Shown here: positions 41,728-54,431 of the stretch, in pieces | Numbering within the stretch: position 1 is the stretch's first letter | How the letters are laid out: the number at the start of each line of letters is the position of its first letter | Assembly (NCBI RefSeq): GCF_964204645.1 | Contig: NC_134029.1 | Location: 8,458,850-8,522,849 of the forward strand | DNA length: 64,000 bases | From: Tubulanus polymorphus | Taxonomy: Eukaryota > Animalia > Nemertea | Reading direction: 5' to 3' | Notes under the pieces: generated by a model | What the model was told of the DNA's origin: nothing | The model's database searches: none | Seen by the model: the letters and a program-made list of their open reading frames with translations, nothing else | Program-made: the position numbers and the translations under genes

Positions 41728-42034
41728 AGCCGCACTCACACCGGCGTTTTTGGCTCTGGCCAAATTTGGGCCGGGACAACTGTTGCACATGGGTACCAAA
41801 TGGGCCCGAGCCCGTTTGGCCCGGGCCAAATTTTTGCGCGAGACAAATGATTGCGTTTGAATTGCAACTGGTTCCGGAAGTGACTCACTTCGCTTTGTTT
41901 TAAACATTGTTTAGTATCGAGTGAGTAGTTTTAACGTATGAGCCCGCTCTCTAATTAGGCACGGGCCAAATTTGGCTCGGGCCTGATCAGCGCCAATTTG
42001 GCCGGGGCCAAATCATCTACGTATGTGATCGTGG
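41728..42034 (+). mobile_element. family B MITE
   Basis: AGCCGCACTCACAC start, same body, end TGTGATCGTGG. A further partial reverse copy lies at ~41440-41540. Confidence 0.8.
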
Positions 42035-42655
42035 AAGTGGAATGTCAGTTAGTCAGAATTACGAGCGATTATGAGATAATTGCTCGTAGGTCAGAACTAT
42101 AGTCCAGAAATTGGTCGACCATATGTTTGATCTACCTACGTAGATTACCAGCGGCAAGAAGATAAGTTGTCCGGATCAGAGTCACTAAAAACTAGAATAC
42201 AGGGAGGAGTTTATCATACATACAGTGATAAAGATCTTTTTTTAACCCGGGCGAGTAACGAACGCTAGATGGATGTATCGGCTAATATGACGGCTCATCT
42301 ACTAATATTTTGTACCAAACTGTCAATGACGGAACTAATGATCGCGTGGCTTTTATGAAATTATGATGCATCACTGCGAAGAAGCCGTCGGCCATTACCG
42401 CTCGCGACCGATACTATATATACGGTACCGGCGTGTCATTTATCTCGAGCGGCTCGCGACCGCAAATGAAATTTCCAGCGAATTCGCGCGCAGACAACAA
42501 GATAAATGGTCGGATGATCGGCGCGCGACACGGTTGAGTCGCGTTCGAAATGAATTTCAAACCAATTATACACGACTTGTATAACGAATGACCTCGACGC
42601 GACCGATACGGATGAGTTTAAAACGACGACCTGCAGCCCGGCGCGACCTATTTTT

Positions 42656-42671
42656 CCACCAGATGGCGCCA
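42656..42671 (+). promoter_or_regulatory. CTCF-like binding motif
   Basis: CCACCAGATGGCGCCA matches the CTCF core CCASYAGRKGGCRS; sequence match only. Confidence 0.45.
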
Positions 42672-44209
42672 TCGAAGTTTACTTGGTTGCTAAATCTGTA
42701 ATTTCCGTGTTGTCCCTGTCATATCTGTAATGGGTTTGAGTGTAAATAAAATAGATAAATAAACAAATAATGGGGTACCGGCAATTCCTAGATGGTGCCA
42801 CGAAACCCTGGGTCTTTTGTAGTGAAAATCAGTTCATTTCCAGTGAAATTTGAACTCGATTTTTTCAGGCTTCCAAAATTGTGAAAACAAGTCATCGAAT
42901 AGATGTAAGATTCGCTTTCTAGCCCAGTGTATGGCATGGATTTCACTGAAAATTGATTTACTAATCAGAAATGTTGACATGAATTTAATTGAACCAGCAA
43001 TGCTGATAGATAGCAACACAAAGCAACTTTAATCCTTTAAATCAAAAGTTAAATTTTTGATTAGTTTTCAATTTTCTAAAGATGTCATCGTTATTAGATA
43101 TTCATAAAACGATGCCCCAAAATACAGTAATACAGTAGACTCCACTGATCACCAACCCGGACTTGGATTTTCAAAATGTGTCAGAAAAATCACAGTCAGT
43201 ATGAATTTCTGCTGCATGAATTTCACTCTCAAAATTGCCATTCGAAAATAAAAATTCCGTCGAAGTCACAGACAATTTTTACGTTTCATCGCAGAATACA
43301 CTTCATATCAGCAATTTTGAATACAAGCTTTTTACGACGCTAAATTTAGTGTTCTGGCATACATATTTAATGCACCGGCGAGCACAAACCTATTACCTCG
43401 AGGTCCCAACAGACGGCCGCGCTTCTATTAAACCTTCAGCCACACGGAATGCTTGTCCGTATCGAACAAAAATGAAAAATTTACCAAACGAAACTCTGAC
43501 AGCTAACAGCTTCGAAAATTGCCGCTGAAAAAGTGCAGGCATCATCACTAGTGACAACGATGATTAAGCATACGGCGAGCGCCATTTTAGGCAAATCCGA
43601 TCCATTGAAAAATACGTGTCGAATCAGCGCAGACGGATGCCTATGTGGACCTAGTGCTAGAGTTAAATTTGCAATGAATTAATGAATACATCTATTTTGA
43701 GTAAAAATAATTCTCTAAGTTTTCCACCACAGGACCTATAGCTGCAGGCATTGCGTTTCCTCAAAACAGGCACAGCTCCATTGATCGAATGGCAATTTGT
43801 TGGGTCTTCGCTACAATAGGCCTTTTTCCAATTCCATCATTTCGATAAATGTCGGTCCTCTTGACGCTTCACTGATACGTATAATGATATTCTTGACCAA
43901 AAGATCGTAATCGCGGCATTGTACAATAGCGTGCTCACCATCACCACCCACAATCCTGTGTTATGGAAACAGCTAAAGGGAATCATGTTGGATCAAACGG
44001 GGTGAATCCAAGCAGTATCGCCTCCATAGCCAGAGTTGATCATAAATTCCTCATAAAGAGAACGCACTCAAGGACTAGTCATATTGTAGGGCCATAACCT
44101 AGCATTTGAACGTTGGGGCCATAGGACCTTACACTTAACATGAAAAATCAATATATCGATCCTTCTTATCCACCATAACAAAAACTCCCGTTAGGTCTGT
44201 AACATGAAC

Positions 44210-44420
44210 TGAAATGAATGAATTGAAATTTATTTAGACACAAACGAAAATACAGAATAGAATACAAACACACACAAATATAAATCAGTCAAAAATGTAC
44301 AAAAACGTGTCAAGCATTCAACCGAAGCCTAACCGGGCTGTACTCAAAGAGGGGATGAACCCTAAGAAAATTGAAACGAAAATTACAATGAGAGTATCGA
44401 TTATGATAAAGCTAACAAAA
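44210..44420 (-). mobile_element. probable 3' UTR/tail of a LINE or SINE
   Basis: The minus strand ends in AATAAA plus a (CATT)n-like tail, with an AGCC..GGCT hairpin at ~44326-44339. No coding part is visible. Confidence 0.45.
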
Positions 44421-44544
44421 TGCTTGTCAGTCTTAAGTGAAGGATTCTACAGAGGATATAACAAAAATATTCGCAAAAAGGGCATTTTCCAAGTTTCCTA
44501 CCTGCCCTGCTCCTGCTATGTATATGGCCCTGATTGGAGCTATT

Positions 44545-45150
44545 TTCAACGTATCATTTCTGCTTATCGAGACGTTTTCTACAAAATGCTCATACAAAAC
44601 TCTTTAAACACGATTCTTTTAGAGATATTATAATTTACATAACCAAAATTTGCGTTCTGTGAACCAAATTGCTATCGAAAGATTTAATACTGTAATAGAA
44701 TCACAATCTTTGAAAATTAAAGGACCCACTATTTGGAACAATCTAGATAAAATAACTCAAAATTCAAAATCATTAAACATCGTTAAACGAAAATACAAAA
44801 CTTACTTACTTTCAGCTTACTAGAAATAATGAACCTTTATGATTAAATTTCAATTTTGGATTCAAACTTATATTCAAACATGCACTATACGTATGAGAGA
44901 TTATGTGTGATTGTAGTATGGCTGATAAAACTTGGGTTCGGGAAGGGTTAGGCGGCCAGTTTCTTACAAGCCTCGGCTTTTTACTGTTCCCTCCTCTCCA
45001 TTTCTGTTATACATAATGTGAAATGAATCCACTTATTCATTTATTTATTCACTTACTTATTAATTCACTTAAACTGAAATATGTATCGATGTTTATTAGT
45101 GTATTACAAGTAACAATGATTTTACATTATATGTAACTGAAATTGTAAAG
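44545..45150 (+). mobile_element. 3' fragment of a second CR1/L2-group LINE
   Basis: Translates to ...KIKGPTIWNNLDKITQNSKSLNIVKRKYKTYLLSAY* (stop 44821-44823), which resembles the C-terminus of the main LINE. A 3' UTR hairpin AAGCC-tc-GGCTT is at ~44968. Confidence 0.8.
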
Positions 45151-45159
45151 GAAAATTAA

Positions 45160-45448
45160 CCCTTTCAGTGCTGACTAATTAATACCCTATAGTGCTGGAG
45201 ATAATTTTAAAATTTTCAAAAATTCCACCCTAGTATTTTGAATAACAGGAATACCGCAATTGTGCGTCTACACCACAGCACGATGTATCGTTAGTTACTA
45301 GTATTTCACTATGTTTGACAGGTGCTGCCATCTTTCAATAGAGATAATTATTAATTACTAATTACATCAATACACCGCAGTGCGGTGTACTCGCAAAATC
45401 CATCACCGATTCATACATCGCACTGCGGTGTAAACGCACTGAAAAGGG
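45160..45448 (+). mobile_element. piggyBac-type MITE, family A (full length)
   Basis: TTAA-CCCTTTCAGTGC...GCACTGAAAAGGG-TTAA; close match to the 27802 copy. Confidence 0.9.
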
Positions 45449-46023
45449 TTAAGATGATATGATATAGGACTATATATGTACAGTGTTAGTTCCCCGATAT
45501 GTTATCTTCGCACACATAAATGCGCAATTTTTCATTTTTCCGTTTATCGCATCGACGGCTCGATTTTTTTTCCTTCCGTAATCCGGTCATGAAATTCGGC
45601 GATGTCCGAATATAATAATAACTATATATATATATATATATATATACATATATACGTGGTTTACTTTGGCGCCGCACGTTCTCCGGGGACTGACGCGAAA
45701 ATCGTTCGGCGTCCATAAAACCCAACGACGGAAGACAATGCACGAAGAATAGAAATCAACATCTCACCGACGGAACAATGAGCAACGCGCAGCATCGCCT
45801 GACTATCGGCAATACCGATTAATTATAGTTCACGGCCAACCGGGGACGGACTTCAACTCATAACTATTGATGACTCCAACGCGTGAAGTAATTACAGGCA
45901 ACTTGACCAAAATAATGATTGCCCAGTCTCGACGATGGTCCTTGTTATGTTAATGTCGACATTAACCTATCGGCCAGTACTCGTCCGGAGTGGTATCAAC
46001 AATGTTGCTATGTATTCATTGCT

Positions 46024-46065
<42 letters not shown>

Positions 46066-46096
46066 ATCCGTATAACCCAGGACCAAAAGGCATTAA

Positions 46097-46225
46097 CCCT
46101 TTCACCGCTGAAAATATACCGCATTATTCGTCACCGCAGTACATCGCTCGTTACTAAATTCGCATTTTCGACGGGTGCTGCAATCTTTCAGTAGAGATTT
46201 AAATTAATAAACAATTGATACAGCC
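46097..46225 (+). mobile_element. family A MITE, internally deleted
   Basis: TTAA-CCCTTTCA start and GACGGGTGCTGCAATCTTT core. Confidence 0.6.
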
Positions 46226-46829
46226 AGATCTGGCTGGTATCTACCTTTGTCCTAATTTTCACCACAATTTGTAGTTTAATTGAAAATGTGCTGTTCCGAT
46301 TTTATGAGTATTTTAACGATTTCGGCAGCAACCATTCTCAAATAGTAATTAGTGGTAATCAGGTCCGTACAGTGGGAGTTCACGCGATCTAATGTAAATT
46401 GTACACCACATAAAGCTAAGTACACGCGATGTAAGTTTAGGGTTTTATTTCCTCGAAACGAATGAACCCTAATGCAATCAGTTTATCAAAAAATAAAAAT
46501 CTCCGAACAACTACGTCTACTGAAAACATCATTTGTTCAGTAGCGATTCGAGCACTCGATCATATCAACTGTTCCAACATTTTTCCCCGCTGTCCGTCGA
46601 TCCCGCGACATCGTCGCAGAATGCCGAGACTAAATGACAGATAAAATCTGGATAGAGTCCGTCGCAATTGACCACGTCAAGCCGACATCGATCGGGTCGA
46701 TCAATCTAAGATTCGTTTTGACGAAGCGACGAAAGCCGTCCTATAGCCGAACGTACGCGGGCGCCGACGAAACAGTCGAGACGACGTTATCATACACATA
46801 CACGCGCATAGCCGACGATAGTCAGTTAT

Positions 46830-46860
<31 letters not shown>

Positions 46861-47010
46861 AGAACAAATTGCGTACAAGTTTGTTTTCTCCCGGGACGGA
46901 TGACAAACGATCGCAAACACCGGTGATAGATGACAATATTATGACGTCCCGGATGAGGAGAAACTCATATTTTCTCTCTAAAAGCAGATTTGATATCGTG
47001 TAATCTTATC

Positions 47011-47014
<4 letters not shown>

Positions 47015-47051
<37 letters not shown>
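47015..47051. repeat. (TA)n microsatellite
   Basis: Perfect run. Similar runs lie at ~45623-45646 and ~46028-46063, and (GA)n at ~46834-46862. Confidence 0.97.
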
Positions 47052-47053
<2 letters not shown>

Positions 47054-48637
47054 CCACCGGCTGTATGTCAGATAGCGTTAGTCAGTATTCAACGCGAGAG
47101 GTAGAATGTGTCTCCGCCATGACCTTCAAGCTGTAATACGCGCAAGGTCACATATTCGGCGGAATCTTTCCAATCACGCCTGTTTCTTCGATCCTATAAA
47201 TCCATCAGCAGACAGGCGTTACCTCGATTCAAGGTTTTCTAAATGAGAAAAACAAATGATGCCTACGCTAAGCGCAAACCGTTCGGTTATTGTATGAATT
47301 AACCGTTATTTGATTTGGTGCCCCTCCCATAATAGGTTCTAGAGAGGCGGCCACCGCTTTCATTCTTACATACACTCCGCTGAAAATCAGCCACCTTTTA
47401 TGAAATATCTTCTGCCCCTACCAGAGTGGATGTCGATATTCTATCAATGTTGATAATTTTCTATGAAATATATTAAGCTAATGTGAGCCTAATTTTCTGT
47501 ATTTTTTCGAGGATCGAAGGAATGCCTTGCTATTTCGGCAGCCGTAATGTCATACACTAAGCAATGAATGCAGCCCCTTTAAAATTCAAGCATATGGAGA
47601 AAACTCTCCCCATCCGAAAGGTGAAATGCTGAAAAGCCCCTTTTCCCCTAAATCTTCAAGTTTGTAGGGGCGGGCAAAGCATTAGTGGGAACCAACACTT
47701 CATGCCTGCCTGAAGCATTTGCAAGGCAAGATCTGCGCTTTATCAAATTAAGTGCCGGATCCACTAGAAAAGGCCTGTTTGGCCCAGGCCCAATGTTAAC
47801 ATCAGTCAAATTATTGAAAACATTCAAAATATTCCATCGCGATAAAACATCTATCCACCGTAATAGCGTGTTTGTTTTCGGCGTAATTCATTGTTTTCGG
47901 AATGAATCGCTGAATTTACGATCGATGCCGAATAAAGATTCAAATCTAACGATAGATAGAAGAAGGCCGCTCCGAGTGACGGCTCGATGGTTTATGTAAA
48001 ATTCGGGAATGCCGAGTTATTACGCGGATATACGGGGCCTCGTCGTAAATGGAAAATTCTGAAAAACGGCTTCGCAATAAGCATCGGCCATAATTCAATT
48101 ACACGATGACGACGCGCGATGGGGTAGGGTTTGACGAGAGGAGGCTCGTTCTCGTTCTGCCGTCATCGGGAGCTAGGGTAGCGCGCGACGGAGGCATAAA
48201 AACAGATTTATTAGACGACGATGAGAACGAAGATAAAGCTCTCCGATATAAATAGTGTAACTGTGACCCGTGATCAACAAACGCGCGCTTGAAATCGCAT
48301 TCGACAGCACCCATTGACTGATCGACGCATTATATGTATCGACGGCCGATATCATTTTCGTTCGTTAAGATTCGAGTATAGTTAAATCATTGACTCAATT
48401 TAGCCTAGGTGGCTCAGATATTTTTTCTCAAAACATCCGAAAAAGAAATTCAGAAAAATTAATCCGCGGCACGAGATTTTTTTGAATAAACTACAACGCT
48501 GAAAGGAAAGTAATTCGTAAACAATAGTTTGTCAATAGAAGGTAAAATTTGACGACGCGTTCTTCTTATTCTCTGAAAATTTAATCCAACGATCCTCTCG
48601 TATACGCGACCCAAATGAATCAAAACTGTCAAGTTAA

Positions 48638-49153
48638 AGCCCTGATCACGCGAGTATTTTTCAGCCTGACCAAAAACGTCCGACCAGGCCTGAGCCAAAT
48701 TTTTGCATGGGTCAAATTTATTGCGTGTGAATCGCAACTGGTTCCGTAAGTGAAAACATTTGACTCGGGCCTGATCTGTGCCAATTCAGGGTGGCCACTT
48801 TTATCCGATTTTGTTTTTCCCCAAATTTTCCCTGAACATTTACTAAAATTCCGTAACCAAAGTTGTCTCAACTACGGTACATTTCATTTCAAATTTTTAG
48901 ACAGCAATGAAAAGGACACGCATTTTTGAACAGCACAAAATCACCTTTATGCACGGGCAAATACGTTTCGCCTGGTTTTTTTATGATGTAGTGTGCATAA
49001 AAACAGTTTTCCATGATTTTGACCTTGTTCATAAAATTTCCTGACTATTCCATGACTTTTTAGGTGAAAATAAAATTCCCTGATTTTTCCCTGATATCCG
49101 TGAATTCCATATGAGTGGCCACTCTGGCAAATCGTCTCTGTATGATCATCGCT
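48638..49153 (+). mobile_element. family B MITE interrupted by a hAT-like element
   Basis: TAA on both sides (48635-37, 49154-56). The body is split at 48787-49126. Confidence 0.8.
48787..49126. mobile_element. hAT-like MITE nested in a family B element
   Basis: TIR CAGGGTGGCCAC / GTGGCCACTCTG, with TTCCCTGA subterminal repeats. Confidence 0.8.
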
Positions 49154-49826
49154 TAAGAAATATGAATACAAAGAAAAGTATCAATGAAAGGCAATTTACA
49201 ATAGTGTAGATAAGGATAAAATGGGATTATCTTTTATTCAAATACATATACATATATACATTGCGATGAAAATTTAGTTCCTTCAAATCCCAGTGGCGGC
49301 AGCACCTCCTAGTGGTGTCCGCTAAGCTGGCGGGAATGACGACGGCAAAGAATTGAATGAACCGTCGGCGGGATAATACATCATTCGCGGCGACAGTTTG
49401 TGATAAAGACGTTTGCCTCGGCAATGATAGAGTGTTTTTCGACAAAACTGGTCCGGGCAGTCAGTTGGGACGACAACGCTGAATGATGGAGAATTTTAAT
49501 GAGATGTAATTTGTATCTGAAGTGCCAATAGTGGTTCACCGCGGCAGTGATAAATGCGCGCGCGCCCGCTTTTTCATGAGCGTCGGCGCGCCGAGACAGC
49601 TCGAAAGAATTTCCCCGCAAAAAAAAAGAAAAAATACGCGCACTACGTTACCAGAGATTTTCGTCACGTAGAAATATTCGATTTCACGAAGAAGTAATTC
49701 ATAACACGTTCATATTTCAAATCAGGGATTGATCGTGTTAAAAAGATGACAATTTAAAGTTAAAAATTTTCATTTTACGAAGTATTTTAAACCGCTGCGA
49801 TTAATTACACAGAGACGATTTGGCAT

Positions 49827-50216
49827 AACGAATAAAACCCAGTTACTTCTGTAAAAACAGTTTATTGCCTTACAGTTTCGCCATCAGAGGAACAAAAAAT
49901 ACAATAATACAATAATTTTATACATGTATTGTATTTATTATTGTATTTTTTGTACCTCTGGGGCCAGTTGCACAGTCGTGACTTAAGTCCAAAAGTGGTC
50001 TTAAATCTTAAGACCGGTCTTAAGTTGTTAGAATGGCTATAGAACTAAGTTGGTCTTAAACTGGTCTTAAATCTAAGTCATGACTATGCAACCGGCCCCT
50101 GGTGATGAGGTTTAGTATGAACTTCGAAACTGTAAGGCAATAAACTGTTTTTACAGAAGTAACTGTGGGTTCTTTCGTTAACTCTACACTGAGATTTACA
50201 TCAGTTCACTGCAGTC
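49827..50216. mobile_element. Penelope-like element remnant (inverted), with TSD
   Basis: Inverted arms (CAGTTACTTCTGTAAAAACAGTTTATTGCCTTACAGTTTCG and its reverse complement), damaged hammerhead motifs, and flanking 12-bp ACGATTTGG(C/T)AT. Confidence 0.75.
49961..50098. mobile_element. Harbinger-type MITE (138 bp) with CTG TSD
   Basis: TIR GGGCCAGTTGCACAGTCGTGACTTA / TAAGTCATGACTATGCAACCGGCCC; CTG at 49958-60 and 50099-101. Relatives lie at ~1308-1346 and ~62236-62466. Confidence 0.88.
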
Positions 50217-50660
50217 ACGATTTGGTATGGCTTCAAGTGGCCTGGATCAGACCAGTCAAATTTGGACCGTGCCTAATTAGAGAGTGCGTTCATACGTAAA
50301 CCACTCACTCCATACTAAACAATGCACAAACAAAGCGAAGTGAGTCATTTCCAGAACCAGTTACAATTCATAAACAATCATAGCCGCATTTTATACTCAT
50401 GTTCATATATTTGAGAAAATAAATTAAATTCAAATTCACGCAGAGACAATTTGGCTCGGACCAAATTGGCACTGATCAGACCCTAGCCAAATTTGGCCTG
50501 TGCCTAATTAGAGAACGCGTTCACACGTAAACCACTCATTTGATACTAAACAATACTGTGACCAAGCAAGTGGTTCACTACTTCCTGAACCAAAGCTTTC
50601 AAGTGTAATGATTCTACCCACTGACTGTATTGGTCAGGCCAAATTTCGCATCCATTAAGC
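50217..50660 (-). mobile_element. two adjacent partial family B copies
   Basis: GTGCCTAATTAGAGA..GCGTTCA..CGTAAACCACTCA occurs twice (~50270 and ~50500). Confidence 0.75.
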
Positions 50661-51403
50661 CGGCCATGCGAAATCTATAATCGCAGAATCGGTACACAAC
50701 AACCGACGCGCGTCTACTCCAAAAGAACTTCCGAAGCTAGTAAAAATGATGAAAACTTGAAATTTGACATTATCGTGCGGAATGCCAACAACGAACGAGG
50801 GGGGCAACGTGCGAAAAATCCTCGAACAGAACGAGCTATTCGCAACGTGTAATATACATTGCGAAATCACTCGGAGGACTCGTTGACACCTTTTGATTTC
50901 AGTTTTTCCGAGGCATTCATTCATTCATACACGTTCGATTATACACTCACGTTTCACTAACAGAAGACACCGTTTTAAACATGCACACTAGATAAATCAA
51001 AGTTAGACAAAACAGTTACGAGGAAATACACTCCAACGGAAAAAGAAAACCGGCGCGATATTCATTCATTTTAACTTTTTTCTTTTGCTCGAACTTTTAG
51101 AGTTGAATCTTTCCTTGTCTCATTTACCGCGTTGGATCGCTAATCACACTTCGGCAAATCTAAAATGTAATTAGCTAAGAGCTAAGAGCATGTTTCAGGG
51201 GTTTGATTTTTCGCCGATATCGATCTCCAGCACCTATACGCCCCTCAGTTAAGTTGCACATTGCATCATGCAGGTACACCCAGGAAAGGTGCTTTTAAAC
51301 AAATGGGTTGCTCATGAAAGTATCAAAATACCCTCACATTACTACAAGCACTGGTATAGGTTTCAAACCATAATGAAAAACATGCATCAGACACAGGTAA
51401 CAA

Positions 51404-51697
51404 AGCCACGATCGCACAGAGACGATTTGGCCTGGGTCAGACCGAGTCAAATTTGGCCACTGCCTAGTTAGATAGCACGTTCACACTTAAATCACTCACT
51501 TGATACTAAACAATGCATAAAAAAACTGAAGTGAGTCACTAGCAGAACCAGTAGCAATTCACACAATGATTTGACCCATGTCAAAATGTTGCTAGGGTTT
51601 GGTCGGGCCCATTGTCACGGGCCCATTTGAGACTCATGTAAACAGTTGTTCCACGCCAAATCTGGCCTGGATCAAAAATACTTTGGTGATCGCGGCT
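51404..51697 (-). mobile_element. family B MITE
   Basis: AGCCACGATCGCAC ... GGTGATCGCGGCT ends and the same body. Confidence 0.8.
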
Positions 51698-52734
51698 AAG
51701 GGTGATCCAACATGGACATTTATCGCCATGCCAAATCAAAAAAGAACACCCAGAGTCATGCTCTCATGTTCGCGCTTTGATTCGGATATTCTCATAGCCA
51801 CTCCAATGTTCATGAAAACCATCGAACTGAAGATGCTGTAATATTCCTGTTTCAATTATCCGTGAACATGTTGCAAAAAAGATTCAAATTTGTGATAACT
51901 TATGTAGACGTATGGTTTCAAATAAGCAGCAGAATCATGAGAGCCACGAAACATAAATTTCATTTCATACGAGACAATATCTCAAAATAAAAAAAAATGC
52001 TTTCTTATTTCCGATGAAAAACAAATCGAAACGGCCTCAAAACGATGCACGCGGTCGCGACCTCGAGAGAGAAAACTTTCTCCAGAAGTCTGGTCACTTT
52101 GAAAATCTGCGCGTTTCCTAATTGATACCTCAGCGATCCCAGGGCCGCGGTTTAATGAGGTGGAAACCATCAAACATCTCAACTATCGACAGACATACAC
52201 ATTTTATTTACGTGACTAGATTGCCGGTTTTAATGTATCCCTCTGCGCTAGTCGTTCGTACTTTCCCGTCTCGGTAACTTGTGTCTAACTTTCTCTTGAA
52301 GATCCGACGTTTCATCTCACAGATCCAGACGCAGATAGCGCGTAGACTTTGGCCCGCGCTTAGCTTTTACCCGCTAAATTCTAGGCTTTTGCGAGAATCG
52401 AGATCTCTCTGAAATAACCAATGCTTTGTACGATGAAAACTAACAAAAAAAAATATATTCAAATGGACAAAACAATCTTCGACATTATACAGTAAGCCGC
52501 GCTTCATTCGAACAAACTGGGGCCGGCAAAATAGGTCCGAGGTAACCAAAAGTCCAAGTTAGTTTAGGATAGGTAACTACATTAGGTAGTCACAAAAATA
52601 ATTTCTGTCTCAACAAATTTCCCTGACTTCCCTGATCTTAAGCTTTTTACAAAATTCCCTAATTTTTCCCCCGACTTTTTTTTAGAGACAAGCCAACGGT
52701 TCTTGGGCTTAGACTTGAACTCAGAACTTACCAT

Positions 52735-53062
52735 GTGTTAGTTCCCATTGCATTTTAGATATGTTGTATCTACGGCCAATAGCTAAATTTTGTCAAGCCC
52801 ACTTTTAGAATTTTAATCCCGTTCATCAGTTATGAGGTCATCTTCAAGGTCATAGTACTGAAAAACAGTTTTTATTGCCTAGTTCTGCCACTAGATGGCG
52901 CACCCGGCCCACTTTTGCACTGCACAATTAGACCCCCATACTAACATTGTAACCAAGTTTCATCAAGTTCAACCCATTATAAAAAAAGCTAAGACCCTGA
53001 AAGACAGACAAACAGATGGCACGGATATACAATAAGGGTTTCACGAAAGCCCCGATAAAACC
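52735..53062 (+). mobile_element. Helentron/DINE-1-like non-autonomous repeat
   Basis: GAGGTCATCTTCAAGGTCAT..CCAAGTTTCATCAAG..(ACAG)n followed by a 3' hairpin region ATAAGGGTTTC..GCCCCGATAAA. The class is inferred from this layout. Confidence 0.6.
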
Positions 53063-53801
53063 AAAAGAACATTCCCTGACTTTTCTCTGATTTCCAGATA
53101 AGTGGCTGTCCTGAGGGACATTGATGTAGATATTCCACGAACACGAGCTCCGCAAAACCTTGAAAACTCGATAAAACTTTTTGATTAGTAGAAGACTCTC
53201 GTCACCCGATCCCGAGATGATCTTGCGCCGGATGACCCGCGAATAAAACGGCGGTTCGCGCGAAAAAATTAGCACACCGGTCAGATCCTTTGTACGCTAT
53301 TAAATATGCATTAAACGTTTTACAGATATTATTAGACAGCGGTGCCGACACCTCCGACACGACTTTATAACATCGGGGCGCATTTCGATTGGAGAAGACA
53401 TGAATTTCTATATTGTTGTTGTTCTTAGCGACGGGTGCAGAAAGACTGAGTGATCCCGACGGTTGGCCGTGAACCGACGCTTAGTGGTCTGAAATCAGCC
53501 ATGAAAAAAGCTTGTTAATTGACTAATTACATGTAACACTCGCGGCATTGAGTTCAGTACTCTCATTAGCCAGTCAGTCAGTCAGTCGAGTGACGCTTGC
53601 AGTTGATACACTCAGCGCATGAATTAGCTAGCGACGACGACGATGATGATGACGATGAAAACGAACGACTAATTTATAGGTGAAGAGGAAAACTCTCCGC
53701 TAGCGCAATCATCATTAAGGTTAAAATAAAATGTCACAATACGTGATATTTATTACACCTGCAAACGTTGCGACCTCTAAATAAAGTGCGAGTACTAAAT
53801 A

Positions 53802-54132
53802 CATGGTTCCCAATGTTATATGAATTCAAAATTCCCAAGTTTTACCCAAGTATTTCATGGGTGATTTTTCAATTTTCCCAAATGGAAATGAACACATATC
53901 ATCATGCTACAGTCAACATTTCAGTAGTGACTGGTTGATAAAGGTGATTTTCAAGGGAAATCACTGAAGAAAGTTGCCCTTTGGCAAATGCAATGCGTGA
54001 AATGTAATGAATTACCCAAATATTTCCCTGATTTGAGGAAAATCTTTCAAATTCCCAAATATTTCCAAACCGGGAATTATTATTTCAAAATTCCCAAGTT
54101 TTTCCCAATTTCCCTGTTCTGCGGGAACCATG
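53802..54132. mobile_element. hAT-like MITE with exact 6-bp TSD
   Basis: TIR CATGGTTCCC / GGGAACCATG; TAAATA on both sides; subterminal TTCCC repeats. Confidence 0.82.
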
Positions 54133-54167
54133 TAAATACCAGTGACAATTTGGAAAATAGAAATATA

Positions 54168-54431
54168 AGCCGCGATCACACGAGCATTTTCCGCCTGACC
54201 AAAAACGCCAGGCCAGACCCGAGTCAAATTTTTAGCACACGTCAAATTACTACGAGTAAATTGTCGATGATTCTGAAAGTGAATCAGTTTACGTAGTCAC
54301 AGCATTGTTTAGTATTGAGTGAGCAGTTTACGTGCGAACGCGCTCTCTAATTAGGTGTGGGCCAAATTTGACTCTGGCCTGATCCGGGCTAAATTTGATC
54401 CTGGCCCAACGGTCTCCGCGCGATCGTAACT
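54168..54431 (+). mobile_element. family B MITE
   Basis: AGCCGCGATCACAC ... GCGCGATCGTAACT ends and the same body. Confidence 0.8.

Noticed and set aside
43860-43960. Merlin/IS1595 transposase (VGGDG..IVQ resemblance)
   Set aside because: The catalytic DE motif that should follow is absent.
53802-54296. ORF 53988..54296 with repeated IPK motifs
   Set aside because: It comes from translating the TTCCCAA subterminal repeats of one MITE into the adjacent MITE.
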